The notes under the pieces: generated by a model
Database searches by the model: none
Told to the model about the DNA's origin: nothing
What the model saw: only the letters and a program-made list of their open reading frames with translations
Assembly: GCA_963666835.2 (NCBI GenBank)
Contig: CAXXGO010000001.1
Span: 928,001 to 992,000 of the forward strand
Length of the DNA stretch: 64,000 bases
Source: Phycisphaerae bacterium
GTDB taxonomy: Bacteria > Planctomycetota > Phycisphaerae > UBA1845
Direction: 5' to 3'
Part shown: piece after piece, positions 45,714 through 60,018 of the stretch
Layout of the letters: every line of letters begins with the position of its first letter
How positions within the stretch are numbered: the first letter of the stretch is position 1
Translations under genes and position numbers: made by a program

Positions 45714-48700
45714 CTACCGAACTGGGGTGACACTAAAGGCTGCCAGGCGTGTAATCAGCGGTTGTGCGGCTGACTTCAGCACCTTAAGGCGGAGCTTGGT
45801 TACCTCAGTGGGGACAAAACGATCAATCTTCTTGCGACCGATGGCGGTGCCCCGGCAGAGTGGCTCCCACTTTCCAACCACGAGTCCTTCGATTACGTAT
45901 TCGCGGATGCGTTCGCCCTGCGAGATGTCTTCCATCGTAATCACGTGATCAATACGTGCCGGCGCGGGCAGCACCAGCTCGATGAGATCACCCGCGCCTG
46001 TCGTCTCAGCGACGCTTCTGCCAAACCGCCGGCGCACTTCCGCCGCAAACTCCGCACTGCGCCGCACGTCTGCGTCCGGGATTAAACCCGTGGCGTCCGG
46101 CGTCTGGTTAAGAAGCAGAACCGCGCCGTGGCCGACACTCTGGTAGTACATCTCCATCAACTCATCAACGGTTTTCAGTGTGTCAGCGTTTTTCGTGTTC
46201 CAGAACCAAGTACTGCGGATCCGCGCGTCGCATTCCAGAGGCAGCCACGCGAGGCCGTTCGGATCGCCGTGCGCAGCCGTCGCCTCGCCCGATTGAGCGT
46301 CCTTCTCTGTAAGAGCGTTCCATGCCGGATAGGGCGCGATCCCATCTTCGTTGCCGACCCAGCGGATAGTGGCATGCGGTCCCTGGAACACCATCGCCCG
46401 AGGTGCGTATCGCTCGAGAATGTCACCGACCGGGACCACAATGCTGCCGTCGAACCAAACTTCGTACATCTCGCCATAGCCACTGAGGACCTCGGTAAGT
46501 TGCCGGCGGTATAGACTGTTGTAAGCTGCTTGCGCCTCCGGGGTCGAGCAGCGCCCACCGCCTTCGGCACCCTGCTTGCGGTCGCAAGGTGAAACATAGA
46601 CGCCCAACTTCATACCGCGCTTGCGGCACGACTTCGACAGATCGCGGAGCACGTCGCCGGTGCCACCGCGCCAGGGCGTGTTTTTGACGCTGTAGTCAGT
46701 GGTCTCCGTCGGCCACATACAGAAACCGCCGGCATGTTTGGCGACGAACACAATGTACTTGGCGCCCATTCCGTCGGCCGCCGCCACCCACTGGTCCGTG
46801 TCCAATCGGGCAGGATTGAACTCCGTCAAAGGGAGGGACAGATCGTCGTATTCCTGATCCGTGAAGGTGTTCGGCGCGAAGTGGATGAACATACCGATCT
46901 CGCTGTCATGCCACGCGAGCTGCTCCGGAGTGGGTTTAGCCAAAGAACCGCCCGCTGAGCTGCCGGTTCCTCTGGGTTGCGTGGTCATCGCGGATTCCGC
47001 CGGCTGGTTCGGATTGTCCACGCTCCGGTGGTTGGCTGGCGTCGTCCCCGCGTGCTCGGACTGAACATCGAACACGCCCTGGAGCCTGATATCTTCGGCC
47101 GATGCACCGACCATGACCTGAAACCTGCCGGGCTCGACCACGCGCTTCATCGCGGCGTCCCAGATGGCCAGCTCGGATACGGGGATATCGAGTTCAAGCC
47201 TCCGGCTACCGCCGGGTTCGAGCAGGATCTTCTTGAACCGAAGCAGCCGCATGGTCGGAGTAGTCGTCGAGCTCACCTCATCGCGGATGTAGACCTGGGC
47301 GACCTCCTTGCCTTCACGCAATCCGACGTTGGAGACGACGAAGCTCAGGCGGACGACGCCGTCAGTCGTGACACACGGCTTCTCGATCACCAAATCGCTG
47401 TAGGCGAACGTCGTATAGCTCAGTCCGAAGCCAAAGGGGTACAAGGGATCCGGCGACGTAAAGACGTAGTCCCGCCCCGGCTTCTCCGGTGTTCCGGGTT
47501 GACGATACACTCCCCGGCCGGTGGGCTTGTAGTCGTACACGGTGGGAATGTGCCCGGCGCTTTGCGGCACGGACACAGGAAGGCGCCCTGACGGGTTGAT
47601 TCGGCCGAGTAAGATGTCGGCGATGGCGTTGCCACCCTGCTCGCCGGGGTAGAACACGCTGAGGATGCCGGGGATGTTCGCCTTCATCCAAGGAATGCTG
47701 TACGGCCGGCCGTGGATCATGACAACGATCACCGGCTTGCGTGTGGCACTAACGGCCCGAACTAGGTCGTCCTGCACGCCCGGTGGAGATAGACTAGTCG
47801 TGTCGAAGGCCTCGCCGACAGTGGCTAGTCGGTTGTAGGCTTCATCACCCAGCGAAAGATCGCCGGTTATTTCGCTCGTATCCCCGATGACGACAACGGC
47901 CACGTCGCTCTTACCGGCGGCCTCAACCGCCTGGCCGAAACTTGTTCGTGACAGGTCGACGAGATCGCAGCCTCGCGCGTAGTTGATGCGAACACGGTCG
48001 CCCAACGCCCGGCGGAGACCATCCAGGACCGTGACGCCGTAGGCATTGTCCTTGGTTGCGGAGTAATCGCCGAATTGGACCTGGTCGGCGTTCGGGCCGA
48101 TGACGGCGATTGAGTCGAGCTTGCGCGCATCCAGCGGCAGGACGTTTCCTTCGTTCTTCAACAAGATAATCGATTCCTCGGCAGCGCGCCGGGCGAGGGC
48201 GATATGCTCCCGGGTATGAACATCTTCTTCGAGCCGGGCGAGGTTGATTTGTCGCCGGCCGTCAAACAGGCCGGCCAGGAACTTGATGCGGAGAATGCGT
48301 TCGACGGCGCGGTCAATAGCCTCCGTTTGGACCCGCCCGTCTCGGACCAACTGTGCAAGATGCCGGTAGGCGGTGGCGCCGGGCGCGTCAAGATCGACGC
48401 CTGCCAACAGTGCCTGCACGGCCGCGTCGGGCGCGTCCACGGCGACGTGGTGGTAGTCATATAGCATGTGGATGCCGCCGTAGTCGGAGAAGACGTAACC
48501 GCGAAAGCCCCAGTCGCCGCGCAGGATGTCGCCAAGGAGCCGGTGATTCGCGTGGGAGGGCAGTCCGTCCACCTCGTTGTAGGAGGGCATCACCGCGCAG
48601 ACACCGGCTTGGCGGACCGCGGCCTCGAATGGAACGAGGTGCAACGAGCGCATCTCGCGCTGACCGATCGACGCGGGGCCGCTGGCCAGCCCCCCGGCCG

Positions 48701-49406
48701 GCACGCTGTAACCGGCGAAATGCTTGGCCGTACACATGATCTTGTGCGGATCGAGACCGCTTTGCCAGATGTTCGGCCCTTGCGCACCCGTAATGAATGC
48801 GACTCCCATGTTGGAGACTAGCGTGGGGCATTCACCGTAGCACTCCTCCACGCGCCCGAACCGAGGATCGCGCGCCAGATCGAGAACCGGCGCGAGACAC
48901 TGAGCCACACCGATGGCGCTCGCTTCCTCGGCGATCGCCGCGCCAACCTCCTGCACGAGTTCCGGGTTCCAAGTAGATCCCAACGCTATCGCCTGGGGGA
49001 AGACCGTCGCCCCGCGAGATCGCATGCCGTGCAAGCACTCCGCAACGGGAATGGCGGGGATGCCGAGGCTGGTCTGGGTTCGCAGGTGGTCCTGGGCAGC
49101 CTTGAATCGAACGGCTATCTCCTCCGGCGGGTAGCCCGGCAGGCACATCATCGTGCCGCAGCTCTGCTCGGCGAACACATCGGCCAATGACTCCGGGGTG
49201 ACTCTACCGTCTTGCGTTTCCAGAGCGGATATGTCCTTCTGGCACATCTGGCCGACCTTTTCCTCGATGGTCATTCCTGCCAGCAGGTCAGCCACGCGAT
49301 CATCGATGGATAGGCGAGTATCGAGGTACTTCGGTTGTTCCGCCGAGAGCGGCGAAGCCAGCAAACAGACAACAGTCAATAATCGGAGATGGTGAGCGGA
49401 ACCCAT
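45714..49406 (-). CDS. Secreted bifunctional GH3 beta-glycosidase (xylosidase/glucosidase type, with FnIII) fused to a GH29B alpha-L-fucosidase with a C-terminal CBM32-like module
   Basis: GH3: ECLHG, RDPRFGRVEECYGE, KHF, FSDY, YPFGFGLSYTTF. A Pro/Thr/Gly/Ser-rich linker follows. GH29: MFIHFAPNTFTDQE, KHAGGFCMWPT, EVWFDG, RWVGNEDG, YYQSVGHGAVLLLN. Confidence 0.9.
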   Translation of the reverse strand: MGSAHHLRLLTVVCLLASPLSAEQPKYLDTRLSIDDRVADLLAGMTIEEKVGQMCQKDISALETQDGRVTPESLADVFAEQSCGTMMCLPGYPPEEIAVRFKAAQDHLRTQTSLGIPAIPVAECLHGMRSRGATVFPQAIALGSTWNPELVQEVGAAIAEEASAIGVAQCLAPVLDLARDPRFGRVEECYGECPTLVSNMGVAFITGAQGPNIWQSGLDPHKIMCTAKHFAGYSVPAGGLASGPASIGQREMRSLHLVPFEAAVRQAGVCAVMPSYNEVDGLPSHANHRLLGDILRGDWGFRGYVFSDYGGIHMLYDYHHVAVDAPDAAVQALLAGVDLDAPGATAYRHLAQLVRDGRVQTEAIDRAVERILRIKFLAGLFDGRRQINLARLEEDVHTREHIALARRAAEESIILLKNEGNVLPLDARKLDSIAVIGPNADQVQFGDYSATKDNAYGVTVLDGLRRALGDRVRINYARGCDLVDLSRTSFGQAVEAAGKSDVAVVVIGDTSEITGDLSLGDEAYNRLATVGEAFDTTSLSPPGVQDDLVRAVSATRKPVIVVMIHGRPYSIPWMKANIPGILSVFYPGEQGGNAIADILLGRINPSGRLPVSVPQSAGHIPTVYDYKPTGRGVYRQPGTPEKPGRDYVFTSPDPLYPFGFGLSYTTFAYSDLVIEKPCVTTDGVVRLSFVVSNVGLREGKEVAQVYIRDEVSSTTTPTMRLLRFKKILLEPGGSRRLELDIPVSELAIWDAAMKRVVEPGRFQVMVGASAEDIRLQGVFDVQSEHAGTTPANHRSVDNPNQPAESAMTTQPRGTGSSAGGSLAKPTPEQLAWHDSEIGMFIHFAPNTFTDQEYDDLSLPLTEFNPARLDTDQWVAAADGMGAKYIVFVAKHAGGFCMWPTETTDYSVKNTPWRGGTGDVLRDLSKSCRKRGMKLGVYVSPCDRKQGAEGGGRCSTPEAQAAYNSLYRRQLTEVLSGYGEMYEVWFDGSIVVPVGDILERYAPRAMVFQGPHATIRWVGNEDGIAPYPAWNALTEKDAQSGEATAAHGDPNGLAWLPLECDARIRSTWFWNTKNADTLKTVDELMEMYYQSVGHGAVLLLNQTPDATGLIPDADVRRSAEFAAEVRRRFGRSVAETTGAGDLIELVLPAPARIDHVITMEDISQGERIREYVIEGLVVGKWEPLCRGTAIGRKKIDRFVPTEVTKLRLKVLKSAAQPLITRLAAFSVTPVR

Positions 49407-49456
49407 CGCGCCTCCCTTGCTTGGTTAGGCCTGCGTTGCAGCTTCGTAGCGCACGA

Positions 49457-51544
49457 TCAAGGGCGTCTACAGAGATACTCGGACGGAATCTGCTGCTTTG
49501 CCATACCGGGGGCTTCCCACGAAACAAGCAACTCCGCGCCGCCGGTCCGCTCGAACATCTCCACCCGGATCGCGTGCCAGCCCGCCTCCAACGCAATCAC
49601 GCCGGATAGCTCGAGCGACGAGTGCAGGCCGTCGTTATCGACGACCAGTTCGTCGCCAATCCACAGACGACTGCCGTCGTCGGATCGGACGAAGAACCGA
49701 TACGGCCCGGTCTTCGGCGCCTTTATGAAGCCCTGGAAACGCAATGCCCAGAGGTCGTCGCGGCGTGCCGGCTGAATGGAGAAACTGGACGCCATTCCGC
49801 TTGCCGTCGGCTGCAGAGCGGCCACGTCGCGCAGCGTCGAGAACTGTCCCTCATAGTACTCGTATGTCAGACCCGGCTCCCGGCCTTGGATTGCAACGGC
49901 CGGACGCGGCGGCACCTTTGTGAACGTGGCACTGGCCGGCGGACTGACCGGCCGGTCGCCGCGGAAAGACCGAGCTTTCACCGTGCTCGTTTGCGTAAGC
50001 GTCAGGCGCTTCTCTGCCTGGGCGGATTTCGCCGTGGGCTCTGTACCGTCCGTCGTGTAACGAAGTTCGACATTGGACTGTCTGCTCCGGATCGTGACGT
50101 CCAACGAATCCGTGAAGATCGGGTAGTCGGCGACTATCTCCGGTGGGTAGCCCACGTCCGGCATCCCCTCGAGATCGAGCACGACGACGAATACGTCCTC
50201 GGCACAGATCGAATCCGGCAAGACGACTTCGACACGGTCCCCCAGTTGTTTCGCCTCGACCGCATGCTCCGGTCCCCCGGCAAGCAGATACGCTTGCAGT
50301 GGTTGGTTTAGCAGGCCGTTCAACACGAGCTTGCCATCCGGAGGATTGTCGAAGACGTGCAGGTAGAGACGCGCATCCCCGCCCGCCAGGCGTTTCTGCG
50401 TGCAACGCCCCCAGGACGGCGACTGCATGAACGGCCCCGCCTGCGTGCCATAGATCGACTCTCCGTTGACTTCGAGCCATGCGCCCATGTATCGAAGCCG
50501 CTCGACACTTGGTTGAGGAATGAGGCCTTCCGCCGTAGGCCCGACATTCAGGAGGAAATTGCCGCCTTTCGAGGCTATGTCGATCAACATGCGGAGGAGT
50601 TGCTTGCCCGACTTCCAATTCGCGTCGCTTTCGTTGTAGCCCCAGTGGTCGTTCATCGTCATGCAGGCTTCCCAATCCAAGCCCGGTATGGCGGTTTCGG
50701 GGATGAACTGCTCCGGCGTGCCATAGTCGCCCATGCTGCCTTGCGACTGATCGATTCCGTATGTGCCGCCGCCGCGACCTACGCGGCTGTTGATGATGAT
50801 GTCGGGTTGAAGGGAGCGGACGTAGGCATCCAAGTCCCTGCCGAGGTCGTTGTTCCACGTGCCCTCCCACTGCCCGTCGAACCACAACACGCCGATCGGC
50901 CCATAATGCGTAAGTAACTCGCGGAGTTGGTTCTTCTTGTAAGAGATGTAGCGGTCAAAATCCGCTCCCGCCTCGGGACGCTCTTTCTTCTCCCAAGGCC
51001 GGCGCGGTAAGTAGTCGCGGTGATGCCAATCCATGATGGAGTGATACCAGCAGATGCGGATGCCGGCCTTGCCGCAGGCCTGGGCGAGTTCCTTCATGAT
51101 GTCGCGTTTGAACGGCGTGGACATCATGTCAAAATCCGTGTACTGGGAATCGAACAGGCAGAACCCGTCATGGTGCTTAGAGGTGATGACGATGTACTTA
51201 ACGCCGGCGTCTTTGGCCAGCGCGACCCACTCGTCCGCGTTGAACTTGACCGGATTGAATCGAGTCAGGAACTTGTCATAGTCAGCCACGGGAATCTGCG
51301 CGGTATCACGAATCCACTCCCCGTGAGTGTTCACGTCGCCCCACTGACCGGCGGGGATCGCGTACAACCCCCAGTGAATGAACATCCCGAACCGCGCCTC
51401 GCGCCACCAGGCCATCCGGGCGTCGTGGGTTGCCTCAGCGGCAGTCGGCGTTTTGCCGGGCGTTTGTCCCTCGATGCGTGGGCAGACGGCCAAGAGACAC
51501 GATGCGATCAGGACGGTTCGCGCACAGGTGAAACCACGGTGCAT
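49457..51544 (-). CDS. Secreted GH29A alpha-L-fucosidase with CHB_HEX_C-like and PA14 domains
   Basis: ATG at 51544 follows GAGGAG; signal peptide; FGMFIHWGLYAIP, KHHDGFCLF, WFDG, SKGGNFLLNVGP; RYTTDG; SDDGSRLWIG...NDGLH. Confidence 0.93.
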   Translation of the reverse strand: MHRGFTCARTVLIASCLLAVCPRIEGQTPGKTPTAAEATHDARMAWWREARFGMFIHWGLYAIPAGQWGDVNTHGEWIRDTAQIPVADYDKFLTRFNPVKFNADEWVALAKDAGVKYIVITSKHHDGFCLFDSQYTDFDMMSTPFKRDIMKELAQACGKAGIRICWYHSIMDWHHRDYLPRRPWEKKERPEAGADFDRYISYKKNQLRELLTHYGPIGVLWFDGQWEGTWNNDLGRDLDAYVRSLQPDIIINSRVGRGGGTYGIDQSQGSMGDYGTPEQFIPETAIPGLDWEACMTMNDHWGYNESDANWKSGKQLLRMLIDIASKGGNFLLNVGPTAEGLIPQPSVERLRYMGAWLEVNGESIYGTQAGPFMQSPSWGRCTQKRLAGGDARLYLHVFDNPPDGKLVLNGLLNQPLQAYLLAGGPEHAVEAKQLGDRVEVVLPDSICAEDVFVVVLDLEGMPDVGYPPEIVADYPIFTDSLDVTIRSRQSNVELRYTTDGTEPTAKSAQAEKRLTLTQTSTVKARSFRGDRPVSPPASATFTKVPPRPAVAIQGREPGLTYEYYEGQFSTLRDVAALQPTASGMASSFSIQPARRDDLWALRFQGFIKAPKTGPYRFFVRSDDGSRLWIGDELVVDNDGLHSSLELSGVIALEAGWHAIRVEMFERTGGAELLVSWEAPGMAKQQIPSEYLCRRP

Positions 51545-51617
51545 GATGCTCTCCTCGCGAAAAAAGGCAGCCGGGAGTATAACCAGCGTAGGAGTCGATT
51601 GTAAGACGTGCGGCTGA

Positions 51618-55493
<3,876 letters not shown>

Positions 55494-55646
55494 GATCACG
55501 AACGGACCACTCAACCCGGATGAGGTTGGCCGGAAGCGCATGGCCATCCTCAGAGACTAGTGCGTTGATTCGCACGGAGCATTCTTGTAGTGGACAACGG
55601 CAGACCGGCCACTCTTGGCCCAGGCTCGCCGTCAGGATGAAGATTC

Positions 55647-57419
55647 ATGCAGCTTGTTGCACTTGACTGGATTATCGTCGCCGTAAGCCTGCTGATCGCC
55701 TTTGCGCCCGCATTGCTGCTCGCGCGCCGCGCGGGCAGGGGGACCGCGGAGTTCTTTGCGTCAGGGCGCGCGGCACCGTGGTGGCTGGTCGGCACGTCGA
55801 TGGTAGCTACAACGTTCAGCACGGATACCCCGAATCTGGTCACCGACTTCGTTCGCAGCAAGGGCGTTTCGTATAATTGGGTGTGGTGGGCGTTCTTGCT
55901 TACGGGCATGATGACCGTGTTCTTCTACGCGCGCCTGTGGCGCAGGTCCGGCGTACTGACCGATCTGGAGTTCTACGAGTTGCGCTATTCCGGAAAGTCT
56001 GCGGCATTCGTTCGCGGCTTTCGCGCCCTGTACTTGGGCCTGTTCTTCAACTGTGTGATCATGGCCTCCGTTACGCTGGCCGCGGCCAAAATCGCCAACG
56101 TGATGCTGGGCTGGGATCGCCTGCAAACGGTTCTGGTCTGTGGTGCTATTTGCGTCGGATTCTCGGCACTGTCCGGGCTGTGGGGTGTGCTGGCGACGGA
56201 TATCATTCAGTTCATCATCGCGATGGTCGGCGTTTTTGCGGCGGCCTATTATGCCCTGAAACAAGACCAGGTCGGAGGTCTTGCCGGAATGATCGAGAAG
56301 CTGGATCCCCAAACGATCAGCATGCTGCCCGACTTCGGCAACACCGAGTTGTTGCTGACTGTTCTGATCATCCCACTCACGGTGCAGTGGTGGTCGGTCT
56401 GGTATCCCGGATCGGAACCCGGTGGCGGCAGCTACGTCGCCCAGCGCATGCTCGCGGCCAAGAACGAGAAACACGCCATGGCCGCCACGCTCTGGTTCAA
56501 CGTCGCACACTACGCCCTCAGGCCGTGGCCTTGGATCATCGTGGCACTATGCTCGCTGCTCGTGTATCCCGAACTAGCCGATATCCAGCGCACGTTTCCC
56601 GGCTTGGACGAAGACCTGTTGGGGCACGACATCGCCTACCCGGCCATGCTAACGCTGCTGCCGCATGGGCTGTTGGGGCTTCTGGTTGCGTCACTGCTGT
56701 CGGCCTATATCTCGACGATGTCGACACACATGAATTGGGGGGCGTCGTATCTGGTGCACGATTTCTACAGGCGGTTCATGCGTGCGGATGCGTCCGAGCG
56801 GCACTACGTGAAGGTGTCGCGACTTGTTACCGTCGGCTTGATGGTTGCGGCCGGCAGTCTAATGTTTCTTCTGTCGACGGCCCAGGATGCGTTCGACCTT
56901 CTCCTCCAAATCGGTGCCGGTACCGGGCTCATCTATCTGCTGCGCTGGTTCTGGTGGCGGATCAATGCGTGGAGCGAGATCGCGGCCATGGCCGCGTCCT
57001 TCGCGATGGCAGTGGCGTTGCTGATTGCCAAGAAGTTCGAGCTGACGTTACCGTCGCACATAGCACTGGTGGTGACGGTCGCCGCGACGACCATAATATG
57101 GGTGATCGTCACATTCGCCTCGCGACCGGTCGACCGCGACACACTCATCCGATTCTATCGCCTGGTACGACCGGCCGGGCCGGGTTGGAGCGAGGTACGG
57201 AAGGGTACCGAGGTTCCCGCCGCCGCGGACAGTCTGCCGCAGGCGTTTCTCGGGTGGGTCCTCGGCTGCCTGCTCGTGTATGCGGCGTTGTTCGGTACAG
57301 GCAGCTTTCTGTATGGTAACATGACGGCGGGGGTTGCGTTCTCGGTCGTCTTTCTGGCTAGCGCTGTTGCGCTATCGTTGCTGCTGTCTGCGATGTGGCG
57401 GACGAAGCCGGCGGAATGA
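55647..57419 (+). CDS. Sodium:solute symporter (SSS family) 2
   Basis: FFASGRAAPWWLVGTSMVATTFSTDTP, LWRRSGVLTDLEFYELRY, GGSYVAQRMLAAKNE, LRWFWWRINAWSEI. Confidence 0.93.
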   Translation: MQLVALDWIIVAVSLLIAFAPALLLARRAGRGTAEFFASGRAAPWWLVGTSMVATTFSTDTPNLVTDFVRSKGVSYNWVWWAFLLTGMMTVFFYARLWRRSGVLTDLEFYELRYSGKSAAFVRGFRALYLGLFFNCVIMASVTLAAAKIANVMLGWDRLQTVLVCGAICVGFSALSGLWGVLATDIIQFIIAMVGVFAAAYYALKQDQVGGLAGMIEKLDPQTISMLPDFGNTELLLTVLIIPLTVQWWSVWYPGSEPGGGSYVAQRMLAAKNEKHAMAATLWFNVAHYALRPWPWIIVALCSLLVYPELADIQRTFPGLDEDLLGHDIAYPAMLTLLPHGLLGLLVASLLSAYISTMSTHMNWGASYLVHDFYRRFMRADASERHYVKVSRLVTVGLMVAAGSLMFLLSTAQDAFDLLLQIGAGTGLIYLLRWFWWRINAWSEIAAMAASFAMAVALLIAKKFELTLPSHIALVVTVAATTIIWVIVTFASRPVDRDTLIRFYRLVRPAGPGWSEVRKGTEVPAAADSLPQAFLGWVLGCLLVYAALFGTGSFLYGNMTAGVAFSVVFLASAVALSLLLSAMWRTKPAE

Positions 57420-57490
57420 ACCCAGGTTCCTTAGCAGTCGGGCGAGCTGTTTGCCGTTTCCAGAGCGAATCCTCGAAGGTGGTATCTGCC

Positions 57491-59794
57491 ATGTTGAAAC
57501 TCTGTGGATGTATGGCGTTGGCGATATGCGCTTGGGGCGTCCCGGCGGCCCTTGCCGGAGCAGATGACGCACCGTCTGCGCAGTTGAGCATCGTGCCGCA
57601 ACCGATGGAGGTACATCGGTTGCCGGGCACATTCGACATCACAGGATCGACGGTTGTTGCCTATGACAGCAATGCAAACGGCGTTGAGTCCGTAGCCGAG
57701 TACCTTGCGACCCATCTCCGCGAGAAGACGGGCTTTGGGCTGCCTCTCGTTGCAACGGCAGGCTCGAGCGGCCCGCCGTCCGATGCCATTACGCTTGCTC
57801 TGGCTGACGTTGGCTCGGCACTCGGCACCGAGGGATATATTTTGCGCGTTACGCCAAGCGCGCTGACTCTAACCGCCGATCGACCGGAAGGGCTCTTCCG
57901 CGGTGTGCAAACGATCCGGCAGATGCTACCCATGACGGCGTCTGCGGATCAGGCCGCCGATACACGCGAAGAAACCGTGTGGCGCATTCCCTGCGTCCGG
58001 ATCAGGGATATGCCTCGCTTTCGCTGGCGCGGCATGTTGCTCGATTGCGGCCGGCACTTCATGCCCGTGGCGTTCATCAAACGATACATCGATCTGCTCG
58101 CTTATCACAAGATGAACGTCCTGCACTGGCACCTGACGGAAGATCAGGGTTGGCGCATCGAGATCAAGAAGTACCCGAGACTCACCGAGATCGGCGCGTG
58201 GCGAACGCCGACCCGCGATTCAGAACAGCCCACCCGCGCAGGACGCTACGGTGGTTACTACACGCAAGAGGAAGTGCGCAAGATCGTGGCGTATGCGCAG
58301 AGCCGGTTCGTTACCGTCGTTCCAGAAATAGAGATGCCGGGCCATTGCGCCGCGGCCCTGGCAAGCTATCCCGAACTTGGGTGTACGGGGGGACCGTATG
58401 ATGTAGGTACGCGGTGGGGCGTCTACGACGATGTATACTGCGCGGGCAACGGCAAGGTCTTCAAGTTCCTGGAGGACGTGCTCACCGAAGTCATCGCACT
58501 GTTCCCGTCCCCATACATCCACATCGGGGGCGATGAGTGCCCCAAGACCCGATGGAAGGCGTGTCCCAAGTGCCAGGCACGCATCCGGGAGGAGGGGCTC
58601 CGCGACGAGCATGAGCTGCAGAGCTACTTCATCCGACGCATGGAGCGGTTCCTCAACCGGGAAGGCCGACGGATCATCGGTTGGGACGAGATTATTGAGG
58701 GAGGGCTCGCCCCCGACGCGACCGTGCAATCATGGCGCGGTATGGACGGTGCGGTCGCGGCCGCGCGGGCCGGGCATGACGTCATTGTCTCGCCGACGAG
58801 CCACTGCTACCTGGACTACACCCATGAGGCGATCAGCCTTGAACGCATCTACTCGTTCGAGCCCGTGCCGGAAGAGCTATCGACGGATCAGGCCCGCCAC
58901 ATCCTCGGTGCGGAGGGGAACGTCTGGACGGAGCGAGCGCCACCCGAGGTCGTGGATCGGCAGGTCTTCCCGCGCTTGTGTGCCTTGGCCGAAGTGACTT
59001 GGTCCCCGGTGGCTGCGCGCCACTGGGGCCGTTTCTGCCACCGCATGAAGAGCCATTACGCAAGGTTGGATGCGCTCGGCGTAGCTTACTTCCTGCTGCC
59101 ACCTCGCCGTACTTCGGGCGATTTGGTCTTCGAGCAAGACACAACGATGACGCTGGAGAATCCGTTGCGACGCGGCGTCATCCGCTATACGCTCGACGGC
59201 AGGGAGCCGACGGCCGAGGCTACATCCTACGTCGGACCTGTGCGGATTACCCACTCGACCGTCGCCAAAGCTCGAACGTATCTGCCGGACGGCCGGGCAA
59301 GTGGCGTCGCGACGCTGCGTTTCCGAAAGCTCAGCCCGCTGGAACCGACAGAAGTGCCCGCCGCCCAGCCGGGGCTGGTTTGTTCATCGTACGAAGGCCA
59401 TTGGCAACGCCTGCCCGATTTCTCGAAGCTGACGCCCGCCGAAACGGGGGTCGCAACGACGCTTACTCTCGACCCACGAGGGCGGGACGATAGCTTCGCT
59501 CTGAGATTCTCCGGCTTCTTGCACGTTCCTGCCGACGGGGTCTACACGTTCTACCTTACGTCCGATGACGGAAGCAGGCTGTGGATCGGCGGCGATCTTG
59601 TCGTCGATCATGATGGGCTGCATTCCGCCAGTGAGGCCTCGGGACAGCTCATTCTCAAAGCCGGAAGGCATCCGATCTCCGTGGCATACTTCGAGGCCGG
59701 GGGCTCTGAATTTCTCGAAGTAGTCTACGAAGGGCCCGGCATCGCGAAACAACCTATCCCGCCGTCCGTGCTTTGGCATGGTGCAACAGAGTAA
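57491..59794 (+). CDS. Secreted GH20 beta-N-acetylhexosaminidase with CHB_HEX_C-like and PA14 domains
   Basis: Signal peptide; PRFRWRGMLLDCGRHF, HWHLTEDQGWR, PEIEMPGH, HIGGDE, GWDEI; RYTLDG; SDDGSRLWIG. Confidence 0.95.
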   Translation: MLKLCGCMALAICAWGVPAALAGADDAPSAQLSIVPQPMEVHRLPGTFDITGSTVVAYDSNANGVESVAEYLATHLREKTGFGLPLVATAGSSGPPSDAITLALADVGSALGTEGYILRVTPSALTLTADRPEGLFRGVQTIRQMLPMTASADQAADTREETVWRIPCVRIRDMPRFRWRGMLLDCGRHFMPVAFIKRYIDLLAYHKMNVLHWHLTEDQGWRIEIKKYPRLTEIGAWRTPTRDSEQPTRAGRYGGYYTQEEVRKIVAYAQSRFVTVVPEIEMPGHCAAALASYPELGCTGGPYDVGTRWGVYDDVYCAGNGKVFKFLEDVLTEVIALFPSPYIHIGGDECPKTRWKACPKCQARIREEGLRDEHELQSYFIRRMERFLNREGRRIIGWDEIIEGGLAPDATVQSWRGMDGAVAAARAGHDVIVSPTSHCYLDYTHEAISLERIYSFEPVPEELSTDQARHILGAEGNVWTERAPPEVVDRQVFPRLCALAEVTWSPVAARHWGRFCHRMKSHYARLDALGVAYFLLPPRRTSGDLVFEQDTTMTLENPLRRGVIRYTLDGREPTAEATSYVGPVRITHSTVAKARTYLPDGRASGVATLRFRKLSPLEPTEVPAAQPGLVCSSYEGHWQRLPDFSKLTPAETGVATTLTLDPRGRDDSFALRFSGFLHVPADGVYTFYLTSDDGSRLWIGGDLVVDHDGLHSASEASGQLILKAGRHPISVAYFEAGGSEFLEVVYEGPGIAKQPIPPSVLWHGATE

Positions 59795-59847
59795 CGCCGG
59801 ATGGTCGTCGATCGGCCGAGTCCGTTAAGTTCCCTGATCCTCAGCAA

Positions 59848-59895
59848 AATCGACTTGTGCGGCCGATCGAACGCGGTAGAAAGTGGCAACGACTG
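59848..59895. repeat. Second copy of the 48-bp dispersed repeat
   Basis: Matches 21266-21313 at 43/48 in the same orientation; looser similarity continues about 35 bp upstream. Confidence 0.75.
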
Positions 59896-60018
59896 TAGCG
59901 AAGAAGTTATTATCTCTACCACCGTAGATCTCATAGCCCGGGCGCCCCCGTAAGGAGATGGGGGCCTTCCCGACTTGGTTCTTCTGCGGCTCACCAGTGG
60001 TGCCGTTCGTGGCACCCG

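Noticed and set aside
49851..50885. 344-aa alternative-frame ORF
   Set aside because: Off-frame within the GH29A gene; no family motifs.
55877..57319. 480-aa alternative-frame ORF
   Set aside because: Lies inside the SSS gene and has the Arg/Gly-rich composition of an off-frame translation.
59941..59968. Intrinsic terminator (GCCCCC-N10-GGGGGC)
   Set aside because: Short stem, large loop and no U-tract on either strand.
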